A stretch of DNA of 63,014 nt, filler included, from Asterionella formosa (Eukaryota), in NCBI GenBank assembly GCA_002256025.1. It is 13 parts of 13 records of this genome, joined end to end, with 100 filler letters (N's around TTAATTAATTAA, not from the genome) between each part and the next. Parts side by side here need not be neighbours in the genome. Positions count along the whole stretch, not along the records: positions 51,017 to 52,429 come from NKIB01002547.1; positions 52,530 to 53,942 come from NKIB01002548.1; positions 54,043 to 55,455 come from NKIB01002549.1; positions 55,556 to 56,968 come from NKIB01002550.1; positions 57,069 to 58,481 come from NKIB01002551.1; positions 58,582 to 59,993 come from NKIB01002553.1; positions 60,094 to 61,505 come from NKIB01002554.1; positions 61,606 to 63,014 come from NKIB01002556.1; 5 more parts are not named here. The stretch is one strand, 5' to 3'. This document shows, piece by piece, positions 51,017 through 63,014 of this stretch. Position 1 is the first letter of the stretch; each line of letters starts with the position of its first letter. A model generated the notes under the pieces. The model searched no databases. It was not told where the DNA came from and was given only the letters and a program-made list of their open reading frames with translations. The position numbers and the translations under genes are program-made.

Positions 51017-51860
51017 TGACCACACCCCCCCCCCCCTCCAACACGCCTGCAACATCCCCCCTTCCATGCCTGGAATGCACCAATCTATGGCGTGCGCCAG
51101 CAATTTGTTGTTCCTGATGTCACTCCCATCCTTGACCTCCATGATAAAAAACATGTGCAGGAAGTTCTTGGTACCTTCGACTATAATGCCCATGCTATTA
51201 AATGTACTATGTTGCTCACCCTTGGAACATTGGCTACACAACAAGGCACTCCTACTATGGCCATATTAACTGCTTTTACTCAACCTCTCAATTATTGTTC
51301 AACCAATCCTGAAGCCACACTCCGCTATACTGCCAGTGACATGCATGGTGAAAGCGATGCATCCTTTCTCGCTGAAACACGCAGTCGCTCCCAAACTGCC
51401 AGTATTCATTTTCTCAACTGTAAACCCATGTCTTTGCCTTGCCCTACGGATCCTTTACCTCCTCTTAATGGAGCTCTTTACATGTATTGTCAAATTCTTA
51501 AGGAGATGTTATCCAGTGCTTCCAAGGCCAAACTGTCTGCCTTGTTTCACAATTGCAAAGAGGCTTATGCTATTAGAAACATCCTTGCTGAACTTGGTCA
51601 TCCCCAACCTTCTACCCCTATTGTCACTGATAATAGCACTGCCAGCGGTATTGCTAATGACAACATCCACCAAAAACATTCCAAAGCTATGGTTATGCAT
51701 TTCTATTGGGTCCGCAATCAGGTTCTTTGGCAGGACCAATTTCTTGATTACTGACAAAAGGGCAGTTTGAGTTGTGCTGATTATTTTACTAAGCATCATG
51801 CTTTGATGCGCCCTTGCTATCTCCATTGTCCTCCTTTCCTCCCTGTTCCCTCTTACTATT
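51017..51860 (+). mobile_element. Copia (CoDi-like) RT end / RNase H remnant
   Basis: LGTFDYNAHA..LRYTASDM..SDASFL..SSASKAKLSALF..LAELGHPQPSTPIVTDNSTA..SKAMVMHFYWVR..ADYFTKHH. Confidence 0.92.
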
Positions 51861-52566
51861 AGTATGCTTGCTTGCTTGACCTCTGCTGCTGCTGCTGCTA
51901 CCCGTTCTCCTTCCGCTACCCTCTGGTGAGTGACAACGACAGTTGTGGCGGTTCTTTATGATTCTCTAGGAATATTTTGACTCTGACAATTTTCTCCAGC
52001 AATTCAAATGACTTTTATAGCTATGCCATTGGTTTCATAAGACTGTATATTTAAAAATCATGTATTGATTTGTTCAAATTCGCAACTATCTTGATTGAAA
52101 TATTGAATCATGGCTGACAACCAGCCAATTTTTCGAAACCAAGCAAGTATTTTCAATAAGCATGAGAGGAAGGATTTAACATTAAGGTTCCTGTAGCTAT
52201 TTGAATCCTTAAGCAAAATAACAAAAATAGCATAGGATTGCCAGATTTCATTTTTGGAATTTAGTAATTTTATATGTCTATAGTATGCTGGCTAGTGTTA
52301 AGGAAATTAACAATAGTGAAGTTTATGAAGTTGCACTTCTTGCGCCCCAGAGGGCCTTATTCCTGCTTGTTGTCTGTCTCACCACCAGTAACCCATGGGA
52401 CTACATAAACTAGTAGTAAAAATGACCAGNNNNNNNNNNNNNNNNNNNNNNNNNNNNNNNNNNNNNNNNNNNNTTAATTAATTAANNNNNNNNNNNNNNN
52501 NNNNNNNNNNNNNNNNNNNNNNNNNNNNNGTAGGCACTCAAAACCAGAAAACAAAACAAAAACACA

Positions 52567-52647
52567 CGACACATGCAGGATTCGAACCTACGCCTCTAAC
52601 GAGATGCGATTTCGAATCGAACGCCTTAACCACTCGGCCAATGTGTC
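52567..52647 (-). tRNA. tRNA-Ser(CGA)
   Basis: GACACATTGGCCGAGTGGTTAAGGCGTTCGATTCGAAATCGCATCTCGTTAGAGGCGTAGGTTCGAATCCTGCATGTGTCG folds as a cloverleaf with a long variable arm and is followed by T-runs. Confidence 0.93.
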
Positions 52648-54042
52648 GATAACAGAGAAGGTGCAAAGTATGTACATAAAATGTAATTGATCCATCCTTC
52701 ATATGTAGATAGTAATTATCTTTAAGCCGCATTTACACATTGTGAGGTCCTTTTTTCCCAAAATAATTTTATGATGTACCTTAATCCACAGAGTACTTAC
52801 AATTACATAAAGTAGTTAAAGGTAAAATTAGCTTTCACCAAAACGACCACCTTGCACATGCTTAGTAGATACAGTCATGGGTCGACTTAGGGGTATGTTC
52901 TATCTTCGGATATGCTAAGGACCTCATTTCTGGAGAGAAACTGCAGTTATGTATCGTAGATTTGTAACTATCGCAAAAATAGTCAAAAAAGGGGCTGCGA
53001 AGCTTTTCTAAAAATCTATGATACATCACTGCAGTTTCTCTCGAGAAGTTAACTCCTGACTTTATAGGGTACACGGCTATCTACTTTAATCTTGATGAAA
53101 CCCTGCAGATGTAGAGCAAATCCTCCTCCAAAATGTCGACCCGATCGGCTTTTCAACTGTCGCCAAAATATTGGAATCGGAATTTGTATGTTCAAAACGT
53201 TCTCGTAGACTTAGAGTCTTGTGTAGGTATGTTTTGCTGCTTAACTCTCAGTCCGAAAAGACCCCAGGGTACGTTGCCGCTTCATTACACATATTCTGAT
53301 TGGTTGAATTGTGTACTTACCTGCTCCAGATGGGCTGAAGTATTCCGGTCTTGTAAAATCACGCCAGCCACACTTGAACCACATGTATTGGATGCACTGT
53401 ATACCAGCAGGTACAATCAGTACCGGTACACCGGTACTAGTTTCAACCTGTCTTCCATTGTCATGAAGCGAGATTATGTACTACCGGTACACCGGTACCA
53501 GGGTACTCTGGTACTTCGGTACCTGGTATCAGGTACCGTACTGATTTTTATCAAGCCTACATTCAGCAGCTTAGATTCAATATAACTTACAAACACGAAT
53601 CGTGAGCATACATACGTGTTGGGATACCGGTACTCCTATTTATATACGTGTTTTGGCGTTGAGCAAAATTATGTCTACATACTGGTACAGCAACTGAGAT
53701 AAACCAACAACGTTTTTTTATATGTATCATAGGTGAATCTATCGGTAGATCCAGTTTTGTATGAGGAGTTTGTTTTGTTATTCCAAGACAGAATCATGAG
53801 GGAAATCTCCAGCCACAATCTATTCTTCTTGTATACTAAGGAATGCCTTCCCTTCGGTCGATTGGAGTCCATCCTCAGCTACAAGAGAAGCTTGCAGCGT
53901 TGAAGCCTCCCATTGAGACGCCACAAGCATTGTTGTCGCGGGNNNNNNNNNNNNNNNNNNNNNNNNNNNNNNNNNNNNNNNNNNNNTTAATTAATTAANN
54001 NNNNNNNNNNNNNNNNNNNNNNNNNNNNNNNNNNNNNNNNNN

Positions 54043-54230
54043 ACGACACAGTATTCCTCGTCAGGAATGCATTCTTCTTCCTGCAAGTTAGTCTCAAAGA
54101 ATCGTCCAGACTTGGCGTCGTAAGCGATTTCTCTCGTTCCGCTCGTAATGGTGATCTTTTTGTCGCTTCATTCTTCGGCCATTAAAAGTGGACCAGCAAC
54201 ACGACCAGCTGTTGTTGTTGTCTTCCTTAA
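54043..54230 (-). pseudogene. Fragment resembling the N-terminal region of a PGRL1-like plastid protein, with an in-frame TGA
   Basis: ..LLMAEE*SDKKITITSGTREIAYDAKSGRFFETNLQEEECIPDEEYCV, cut by the gap. The assignment is from recollection of the algal PGRL1 N-terminal Cys motif. Confidence 0.4.
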
Positions 54231-54289
54231 AGTTCGATGATCTTAAATTCATTTACCGGTACTGTCCCGCTGTAGTAGCAGCAGTCATA

Positions 54290-54680
54290 GACATATGGTG
54301 TTCTATTTATACAATCCTAAAACTATGATGATTTACTATGGTGTTCTATTGCTTGCTTATTACTCCGACTACCGGTACCGCTTTTCAGTTTCACGATCAT
54401 ACAATCCTAAAACTATGATGATTTACTATCCCACTGCAGTAAAAACAGTCCTGAACATATGGTGTACTATTTGGTTTTAGTTTTACGATCATACAATCCT
54501 AAAACTATGATGATTTACTGTCCCAATGTAATTGCAACAGTCCTGAACATATAGTGTTCTTTTGGTTTTTAGTTTTACGATCATACGATCCTAAAACTAT
54601 GATGATTTACTGTCCCACTGCAGTAGCAACAGTCCTGAACATATGGTGTTCTGTTGCTAGTTTACTACTCCGACTACCCC
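54290..54680 (+). repeat. Tandem repeat, ~92-bp unit, ~4 copies
   Basis: tac(a/g)atcctaaaactatgatgatttact at ~54309, 54400, 54492 and 54583. Confidence 0.9.
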
Positions 54681-55671
54681 CAGTATATCACTTACTACCT
54701 GCTACTGGTACTCTGTACATATATATGTTATTGTCATATGATGTACTGGTACACATGAAGAATTCCCGACCAAAAGAGGGGCTTAAACAATTTGCTACCA
54801 AAACCCTGGCGGCTATTTAACGGTCTAAATAATTAGTTTCAACGGACGTAGAAAATATCGATGCAAACAAATTTCAGAAACAATTCCGGTACACGTAGTC
54901 GTGGAAAACAATGGACATATAGTGCATTGAGTATTTTCGAATTATGTATATGCGAGTATGATCATCTCAACCATATCAGATGTTCCATTTCGAGAGCGCC
55001 TTTGAATTTTATAAATGTATGACACTTGATATATATATATATATATTTACAAATTTTATTACTATATACATGGCATATATATTTTTGAAATCGTTCTGTC
55101 ATGTTAACAAAGAATGCCTGCTGCTTCATGAAAAGATACGTTGTAGTAAAGCACATGACAAGCAAAGAAAGTTTATGCAATACATAACGAAAAACATTGT
55201 GACTTCGATACATTGCGCATTCGAAGGATGGAGAATGTTTAAGGTAATGAAGCCATCAATGTGGTACTTGGATGACAATCGTTGGGAGGCAGGCAGGACA
55301 ACAACAAATTGTTAACTAAACGCAGCCACATTTCCTTTTTTCTCAGTTGATTCAACAGCTCGTTTCGCTTGTTGGGGAGCACCAATGTAAAACAAAACCA
55401 AATTGCGTAAGTGCTCTTGTCGCTTGTTGGACCTATTCACTTCTGTTGGAACAAANNNNNNNNNNNNNNNNNNNNNNNNNNNNNNNNNNNNNNNNNNNNT
55501 TAATTAATTAANNNNNNNNNNNNNNNNNNNNNNNNNNNNNNNNNNNNNNNNNNNNTTTGCATGAGATTTAAAGTGTCAGGGTACAGGAATAGAAAGAAGA
55601 AGGACCTCACTATTTACTTAATTTTTTGTTTACTGAAAAACGACTGGTTCAATGGTCGACTATAACCTCCT

Positions 55672-56814
55672 ATGATCACTTACAATAAAGTGATTGACAT
55701 CCACAACAACAACAACAATAATGATGAATCCATTATTGAAGATGAAGAAAAAATTCATGGCAATGTCGATATGGACTCTGATTCACAGAAAGAGAAGCCA
55801 GATGTAGCAGAGGAAAAAGACCCTAACTTTGTTCTTAAAATTCGCATAATGGCAGTGATGATGATGACAAATCATTGCTTCTTCCTCCTCCTGATGCAAA
55901 GAAGGCAAAAAAAGAAAAATGCTACAGTAGCAAAATCAACTCCTTCAAGCAGTGTCACTTGTGCCAACACATACTTTCGTGTCATCAATGTGTACATGTA
56001 TAGCAACACAGAAGTGATTTGTTGATGCTTTGTCAGCCTCCAACTATGGCCCCAATGGATACAGTAAAATTCAGGCACAAAGACATTTTCGATAGACTCA
56101 TAACTACATTCCTTGATGATGTAGATCATGACAGCAATGTCTTTGCCTTTTTACAAGATCTATATTGGGAACAAATGGGGATAGACAGTTGTTACCCAAA
56201 GGCATATGATGCTCTGTACTCTGTCGGATCTTCTATGGCAATGGGGCACATTAACTATCATTACCAAATTGTGTACAGGAAGAACAAAAATTCAGGAACT
56301 TATGATGACTTTGTTACTTTTGTTGGAAGCCAACCTCGAATATATTACTATCATTTATGGTTGTGCCAAGTTCCTCACCTTCTCAATTTTGCTGTTCCAT
56401 TGCTTCAAACATCGCTCATCATTCCGTGAAAGTACTGATAGTCCTAAATTGTTGTCCTTATCATCGAAGACTGTTGGCTGGAAGAAAGGAAAATGATCAT
56501 CTCCTTCATCCTATCATTTCTCTTCTATGGTACAGATGGCAAATGCAATAGAGTGTTTTGAACAAGTCAATACAGTGAAACTTCAACTGCTTCAGCCTTT
56601 AGCAGCAACAAAACGCGAAAAAGAGATCCTAGACATTCTGGATCTCTATAAAAGTCGTCTCAAGATTGCTTGGAAGGATTCAGAAGAGTTGGAAGATTTC
56701 GGGTATGACAACGAAAATTCTGATATAGTGCAGGCTTGCTTAGAAATTAAGATATTCAAGGGAAAGCGGGATCACTGTGTTCATCTACTTTCAGAAGGTG
56801 AAACATCAGATTAA
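55672..56814 (+). pseudogene. Frameshifted ORF, possibly the accessory protein of a two-ORF DNA transposon (Harbinger-like)
   Basis: Consecutive coding-like ORFs (..DFVTFVGSQPRIYYYHLWL..) converge on a short opposite-strand C-terminal fragment at the contig end. Confidence 0.35.
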
Positions 56815-57068
56815 ATCCAGCTAATTAATAAATTATTTATTTGTCTAGATTAAATTAATTTCATATAAATCTTTCCTTCTCCTCTCTATATTTACAGGAG
56901 GTCGTTGCAAGCACAAGATTTGCAGCCAGTCTGGTAAGAATCACATCTCGCATCATAGAGCTTCCAGGNNNNNNNNNNNNNNNNNNNNNNNNNNNNNNNN
57001 NNNNNNNNNNNNTTAATTAATTAANNNNNNNNNNNNNNNNNNNNNNNNNNNNNNNNNNNNNNNNNNNN

Positions 57069-58034
57069 GCCTTTGCATCCTCTGCTGTTGGTTTCTCAGG
57101 TTCATCTCAAAATCCAATAATAAGAAAGAAGTACCATCAGCCACTTATCAAGCGAGGAACTCATGCTAGAGTGTCATGCATCGACCGAGGGATCCGTGCA
57201 TTTCTAGAGCTGAAGCACACCGAGACACCGCAAGTGGTGATCCTGGGAGCGGGTCTAGATACTACTTTTTTTCGATGTTTCAGTGGGATGTTATCAAACA
57301 TGACATTGAATGGAATAAGGTGGTATGAAGTGGACCATCCTACAGTCATCAAGTCGAAGGCTACTACAATCCTACATTTGACCCAGACAAGCATGCCACA
57401 TACGAGAATAGAACAAGCCTCAAGTTTGGGTTATCTGGTGAGCATGGAAGGCTCGAACTTTACTTGTTTCATGGTTGGACACGATTTGAGACAAGTGGGA
57501 ATTTTGGATGGACTGCACGCATTCGAGAAGAATGCTCCAACACTGTTTGTCTTGGAATGCGTCGCAATGTACCTTCCCGCCGCCAAAAGCAAATCTCTTT
57601 TTGAGACGATAGGCCAACAGTGTTCGAAATCTTGCGTTCTTCTCTATGATCCAATCCTTGGAGATAGCCCATTTGGAAGAGTTATGGAAGACCATTTGAG
57701 TCGAGCTGAAGTATTAACGCCTCAATCCAGCATGGTGCAGACACGAACTATCTCCATACATTTGAAAAAACTTATTGGTTGTGGCTTTCGAGTAGCAGTT
57801 GGCTGTGATATGTGGGATGCATATCAAAGTGTTGTTAGCAGTGAACAACGACAGCAAGCCAATAAATGTGAGATTCTTGATGAAATTGAAGAATGGATGA
57901 TGATTATGAGACAATACTGCTTGGTTGTTGCATGCAACAATGACAGCCTAGCACATTACTGCCAAGTTGGAAAATCCTCCCTGCTTGGATTTTCTGATGG
58001 ACTCTGTGAGATCTTGACCTTAGAAGTGTGCTAG
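57069..58034 (+). CDS. Leucine carboxyl methyltransferase (LCMT1/PPM1 family), 5'-truncated by the gap
   Basis: PLIKRGTHARV..QVVILGAGLDT..WYEVDHP..DLR..PTLFVLECVAMYL..YDPI..FGRVM..EILDEIEEW. Confidence 0.92.
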   Translation, partial: AFASSAVGFSGSSQNPIIRKKYHQPLIKRGTHARVSCIDRGIRAFLELKHTETPQVVILGAGLDTTFFRCFSGMLSNMTLNGIRWYEVDHPTVIKSKATTILHLTQTSMPHTRIEQASSLGYLVSMEGSNFTCFMVGHDLRQVGILDGLHAFEKNAPTLFVLECVAMYLPAAKSKSLFETIGQQCSKSCVLLYDPILGDSPFGRVMEDHLSRAEVLTPQSSMVQTRTISIHLKKLIGCGFRVAVGCDMWDAYQSVVSSEQRQQANKCEILDEIEEWMMIMRQYCLVVACNNDSLAHYCQVGKSSLLGFSDGLCEILTLEVC

Positions 58035-58391
58035 GCTACATTTCGTAAAGTTGCGTGGCATTCATCAGGAAACTAAGGAGTGCCATTTCCTTGAGACTAA
58101 ACAGGACAACTCCTTATGTGCACAACGTACTTGGTACTCCAAGTTTAGTGTACATGCAATTCACTGATGATGAAACAACACAAAATTTCTTCACAATTGT
58201 TAGTGCATGCCCTTGTTGCTGTTGAAAAATGTACTTTCTAGCATCAAGGGAAGGTTTCACATTTGAATAACTACATAGCATATAGCTATTATTGCAAAAA
58301 TTCTGCAGGGTCGAACACGTACGGCCCCATCTGTGGCTATAGACATGTAGACCAGTAGGCACTCAAAACCAGAAAACAAAACAAAAACACA

Positions 58392-58472
58392 CGACACATG
58401 CAGGATTCGAACCTACGCCTCTAACGAGATGCGATTTCGAATCGAACGCCTTAACCACTCGGCCAATGTGTC
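58392..58472 (-). tRNA. tRNA-Ser(CGA), identical to 52567-52647
   Basis: Same sequence and same flanks, at a contig end. Confidence 0.93.
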
Positions 58473-59011
58473 GATAACAGANNNNNNNNNNNNNNNNNNN
58501 NNNNNNNNNNNNNNNNNNNNNNNNNTTAATTAATTAANNNNNNNNNNNNNNNNNNNNNNNNNNNNNNNNNNNNNNNNNNNNTCTTGTGAAACGAAGATAT
58601 GTTCGTCAACGATGAGAAATCAAAATTTCTTTTATGATTGTGGAAAGGAAAATTGGTTTGATGTGAAGAATATGAATACTTCGTCTACATACAATATAAT
58701 ACCGGGTGGTCAATGAACTCTACGTTCTTAGAACATCATTGCACTCCTCCTTCCGTTCGTTACATGGGAGGAAGACATGAACTGCTTTGTGATTTTTGGC
58801 TTTTTGTCTTCAAACAAACGGATTATGAGTGCCGGTACTGCATGCGCACATGAGTTTTTGTTGTTACCGGAAATATTGGTACCCTGGTACCAGGTACAAC
58901 CTACCAGGTTTTTGATGCGAGCTAATTCGTTTGATTAGTTTGACTTCCAGTAGACTTATTCCTTATTCCATGCTGCACACATCATGCTAAATGTCAATCA
59001 GACTACCGGTA

Positions 59012-59638
59012 CTATACTTCATTGTCCTGGACCCCCCAATGTACACTGCCGTGACTGAATTTGACTGATTTTACTTAAGGGGGGGCCCAGGACAATGAAG
59101 AGATTTCCCTTATGATGGATTTAAGTAAATTTCTTTAGTTCTACAGGATAGCGCACATTTTTCTAAGATGTATCAATATGACAATTATTTCCGTCTTGTG
59201 AAAAATGAGAGAGTTCTTCACCTCGCAAGAAAAACGCGACTTCATGTTGTTATCGGCGATCTCAATTTTCGTTGTCATTATTAGTGTTATTACTTTACTT
59301 CTTTTACGATTGTATTTTCCATGTCGTTCTTAATACAGGTAGCAAGTAGCAAAGCGTCGTTCTCTATTTTCGTGGAGATAATTCGTATTTTCGTCATGGT
59401 CAAGGTTGCGACAACATCATGAAGGATTCTCCAGCTGCTCACAGCCACTACCTGTCGTCTCTTGTGTTTTGTATGTACAAAAGAATCGCAAAATGGTAGC
59501 TAAATAATTATATACAAGTGCCTACGAGGACAAAAAGAATTATAGCACGTTACTTTGTCTATGACAAGAAAACTATTGGGTGTTTGGTTCCACCTCGAGA
59601 AAAATGTACAGGGGGGTCCAGGACAATGAAGTATATGG
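59012..59638 (+). mobile_element. Complete pogo/Tc2-like MITE (~627 bp), ~26-bp TIRs, TA target site
   Basis: Left TATACTTCATTGTCCTGGACCCCCC and right GGGGGGTCCAGGACAATGAAGTATATGG|TA. An extra internal TIR-like copy lies at ~59079-59100. Relatives at 17511, ~32800 and 39481. Confidence 0.92.
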
Positions 59639-60093
59639 TAGATCTGACGAAAAGGGCAACTTATTTTGGTGGTAAAAAGAATTCAACATTCTTTTCATTG
59701 TTTCCAGCTAAATTAGTATCGTTTCTTCACTGCGATCGAGAGGAAGGAAATGAGGGGTTGATCAGAAATCGATTTCCTTCATTTCCTTGCCAATCCTGCT
59801 CAGCCATGTTCAAACTTAAGCTAAATTGCACGTTTACGGCAAGCTTAAGTCTGAAATGTGACAAAAATTGGCTAAGAGATGAAGAAGTTGAAAGTCACAA
59901 AGTAACAATGATATATTTTTTGGACTTACATTTTGTGTGTTTTGATGTAGAAACAGCATGTATAAGTAGTTTCATCACGATGAAGCTACAAATNNNNNNN
60001 NNNNNNNNNNNNNNNNNNNNNNNNNNNNNNNNNNNNNTTAATTAATTAANNNNNNNNNNNNNNNNNNNNNNNNNNNNNNNNNNNNNNNNNNNN

Positions 60094-60220
60094 GCAACGC
60101 TGTTCGTTCCTCAAGAGTCAAGTCGTCCCAGTACTGGAAGACATGACCTTGACCAGCGGCATCGAAACGAGCACGAAGCTCGTGTTCGTTGGGGGAACTA
60201 GTATTTGTTGTTGTTGTCAT
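60094..60220 (-). CDS. UAP1: UDP-N-acetylglucosamine pyrophosphorylase, N-terminal fragment
   Basis: MTTT..ELRARFDAAGQGHVFQYWDDLTLEERTAL is a typical UAP1 N-terminus. Cut by the gap. Confidence 0.8.
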
Positions 60221-60455
60221 CAGCCAGTCGACAATATCGGTAATATGAAAATAAAAAGTTCCACCATGCAATCACATTTATCATGATCATAGGATCGCAG
60301 GCAGCAACTGGATCAATGATCTTTCAGTTCAGTTCTACCGGACAAAGTACCAGGATTCTGTGTACCTGGTAAAATGATCAAACTGATGACTCATCAAGAA
60401 GAACACAGTGAAGTAAGTTACCGGTACACATAACAGTGATTTTCGAAAACCGGTA

Positions 60456-61505
60456 CCACTTAAAAACTGTAAGCCACCGCTACGGCGACTTTTGAACTGT
60501 AAGCCACCGCTAAACGGAGTAAACGCACGGTTTGAACTTAGTTTACAAGATACGCTATTTATTGTCACGAACGAGTTGTTCAGATTTATATAGCGAGTAA
60601 ATACTTCCGTACTTGTATTGTTGCATTGTGTACATTGTTAATTAGGTATTATCGTCCAAAGGTTGCTGTCGACGTAAAATTGCGAAAATTGGATATTTTC
60701 ACGTTTACTCGATTGAGCAAGCATCACCTTTTATATACGTATTCAGGTATGACAATATTCCTCCGCTAGAAAACTAATTCAGTATCCTCTAAAATTTATT
60801 TAATATGACTACGACGGCATTGCGCTTTCGCTCGTGCGCCATAATAAAGAGATAGATTCAATAATGGAAAACGTCAAATAGGAATTCCTGGTGCGCCCGA
60901 ATTATGAGTACAAAAATTAAATGCAAACACACAACAATCACCCATCACCCATCACAACACCAACACCATGACCTCGAAAGCGCCTCGACAAGGCAATGCC
61001 TTGCCTCGAAAGAAATTGTCTCCTGAAGAGTTGGTCAGTGTTCAGATTTGTCTTAACAATGTGATTAGGGAGCTAACAATGGTGGAAAAATGCCTTATGG
61101 TGCTATTTCTAGGACAGTATCAGCTAAGCAATGCATTTTCCCTTGGATATCTGTTAACCAAGTGAAGAATGAACTAAAACGAAGTGCTAGACTAGAAGTT
61201 AAGTATAGTACTGCTACTATGTATACTACTTCTGGTTCGTCCCTCTTTCAACCATCAACTGCAACCATGGTGTCTACATTGACACCTGACCATTGTGGTC
61301 CTACTAAAACTCAACTCTTGAATGCTGATGGCAGCTTTGCCTTGTTATTTCCCAGCAATCTCATTCATAATTCATATAAAATTGTCGAGGAGGAAGAAGA
61401 TGACAACAATGAAGGTGTGAGTGAGCATTATGATAGTCAGTTTACAATGGGCACTTTGGCATATGAAACTGGAAACAATGGTGTGCTTACCTGGGGAAGT
61501 TTGGA
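60456..61505 (+). mobile_element. Probable left end and frameshifted N-terminal ORF of a pogo/Tc2-like transposon
   Basis: TA|CCACTT start; two subterminal direct repeats AACTGTAAGCCACCGCTA (60465, 60495); broken ORF from 60968 (MPYG..FPWISVNQVKN). Confidence 0.4.
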
Positions 61506-61605
61506 NNNNNNNNNNNNNNNNNNNNNNNNNNNNNNNNNNNNNNNNNNNNTTAATTAATTAANNNNNNNNNNNNNNNNNNNNNNNNNNNNNNNNNNNNNNN
61601 NNNNN

Positions 61606-61835
61606 CTTGTTTTGAACCAGTTTTTGAATATCATTTAGTAAATTATTACCAATTGAATCATAAGAGAGATCAAGTGTAGTCAAGACAGTATTGACCTTGA
61701 GAGCCTCTGCAATGGCCTTGGCTCCGTCAACATCAATTGAATTATTACTGAAAGAAAGTGTAGTCAAGACAGTATTGACCTCGAGAGCCTCTGCAATGGC
61801 CTTGGCTCCGCCATTACGAATTGAATTACTATCTA
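61606..61835 (-). pseudogene. NLRC3/RNI-like leucine-rich repeat fragment (28-aa / 84-bp units)
   Basis: NSI..GAKAIAEAL(E/K)VNTVLTTL.(F/L)S occurs twice. It may be an exon or a remnant. Confidence 0.8.
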
Positions 61836-63014
61836 TGCAATAAAATATGTTGTTGAAAGGGCTTTTGTGTAAATGATAGAAAACAGTCACACATATCATG
61901 TACCGATATTTATCAATATTTATCAATATTGCATATCTTCATATAAACTTATGTAGAATACATAATGGATCTTTTTGTATGAAAACGTTCCATGCCTGAT
62001 GAGGACATTTTGAGAAATTATGAGCTATTAAAAAATAAAACACTTTTTTTACAGTGTACTCGTACACTGGTATCAGTACAACAGGTACATATATTAGTAT
62101 TTAACATACCAGTAGATTAATAACCCCGAGGGTCATTTTAGCATACCCGGTATTCTGCTAAGCAAAATTCCGGAAATGGATTGAGAATTTTTCCCTTTCC
62201 ACTCCTACTGAAAAAATGTTGATACAAAAGCCTCCCAGACAAAGTGGAAAGTGAGAAAGTAACATTGCTTACCGGTCGGTACCATGTTTCTGTCTCACGA
62301 TCAACCCACTATCATGCATGCATGCATCTGTGTCGTTTTCATACCCGATAGTAGTCTAGGAATACGGTTGTTTCTACTACTTTACCCCCGAACCTGGTAC
62401 GTTCAGGTACAGCGCAGTCTGGGCGGTCTATGCCAGTATAAATAGCCGGTACAAATACATTGTAAACACAGTCCACAGCTACTTGGTACGGGTGTATTGT
62501 TGTTACATTGGGGTACATACATGTTGTACATAATGGTATACCTAATACAACATAGGAGCATCTACCAGTCTATATCAAGATTTAGGGAACCTCTCGTCTA
62601 TCAAGATTGTTTGATGCAGTTTTTGGGTTCATGGTAAGAACAGAAACTCTGAGGAGCTGGTTATGAAAGGAGAACATTTACAAATGGATTTCAATTCTTG
62701 CCAAGTCCACAACTCCAGAAGGTATAATGAAAATTGTTCCTTTGAGGAAGCAATATTTGTTTTTTATGCATACTAGTAAAACAAGGAGACAAGATTTGAT
62801 CAAATCAAAACATTTGAAAAAGTATTTGTTAATAGTGCAACAACTGGAAAGAAGTAGCCAGAAGCAACTTGTTTTCCAAAATACAAATAATTTTCTCCAC
62901 AATTGGCAGCATCACAAGAAAAAACAACAACTATGCATTATACATTGGATCCGCTAATTGATGCATTCCACATGCTACAAAGAGACCTGCTCCAGGGTCC
63001 AGCCTTGGACCTCC

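Noticed and set aside
54290..54680. CRISPR-like array or repeat-protein ORFs
   Set aside because: The whole unit is repeated with no unique spacers, and the ORFs are by-products of the repeat.
52530..58481. Duplicated tRNA-Ser as attL/attR of an integrated element
   Set aside because: Both copies lie at ends of separate contigs with identical flanks, which is best explained by contig overlap or a repeat-induced assembly break.
59518..60045. 175-aa ORF
   Set aside because: It begins inside a MITE, reads through its TIR and ends in the linker.
46372..63014. Regular ~1.5-kb periodic TTAATTAATTAA motif resembling an array or cassette system
   Set aside because: It is an artificial linker between size-sorted contigs. 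ORFs running into X residues and adjacency across linkers are artefacts.

Overview
Eukaryotic nuclear DNA, most likely from a diatom. Evidence: short GT-AG introns, an ASAF-type bipartite plastid presequence, a diatom-type HSF, and CoDi-like Copia elements. The window is not one locus. Twelve identical 100-bp artificial linkers (N44-TTAATTAATTAA-N44) join two ~23-kb contigs and eleven size-sorted ~1.41-kb contigs, so neighbourhoods across linkers mean nothing. Host genes: OB-fold (POT1/SHLD2-like) protein, heat-shock factor, plastid-targeted GST, UVSSA-like protein, sulfotransferase, UBX-like plus 2x ZFAND1-type UBL protein, RPB6, SGNH hydrolase, Tim17/Mgr2-family protein, partial LCMT1 and UAP1, and tRNA-Ser(CGA) x2. 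The rest is dense, decayed mobile DNA: Copia, Gypsy, Mutator-like, pogo/Tc2-like MITEs and tandem repeats. The most interesting unexplained signals are (i) pervasive TA-CC(A/T)GG-TA arrays that look like accumulated excision footprints of the local CC..GG-ended TA-targeting transposons and sit next to all three Gypsy LTR outer ends, (ii) a covarying 12-bp palindrome where a tRNA primer-binding site should be in three Copia elements, (iii) a ~65-bp double-hairpin motif present as direct repeats around a 2.2-kb segment, and (iv) a Copia/Gypsy chimera and a gag-only LTR element. All protein family calls come from motif recognition by eye, not from database searches.
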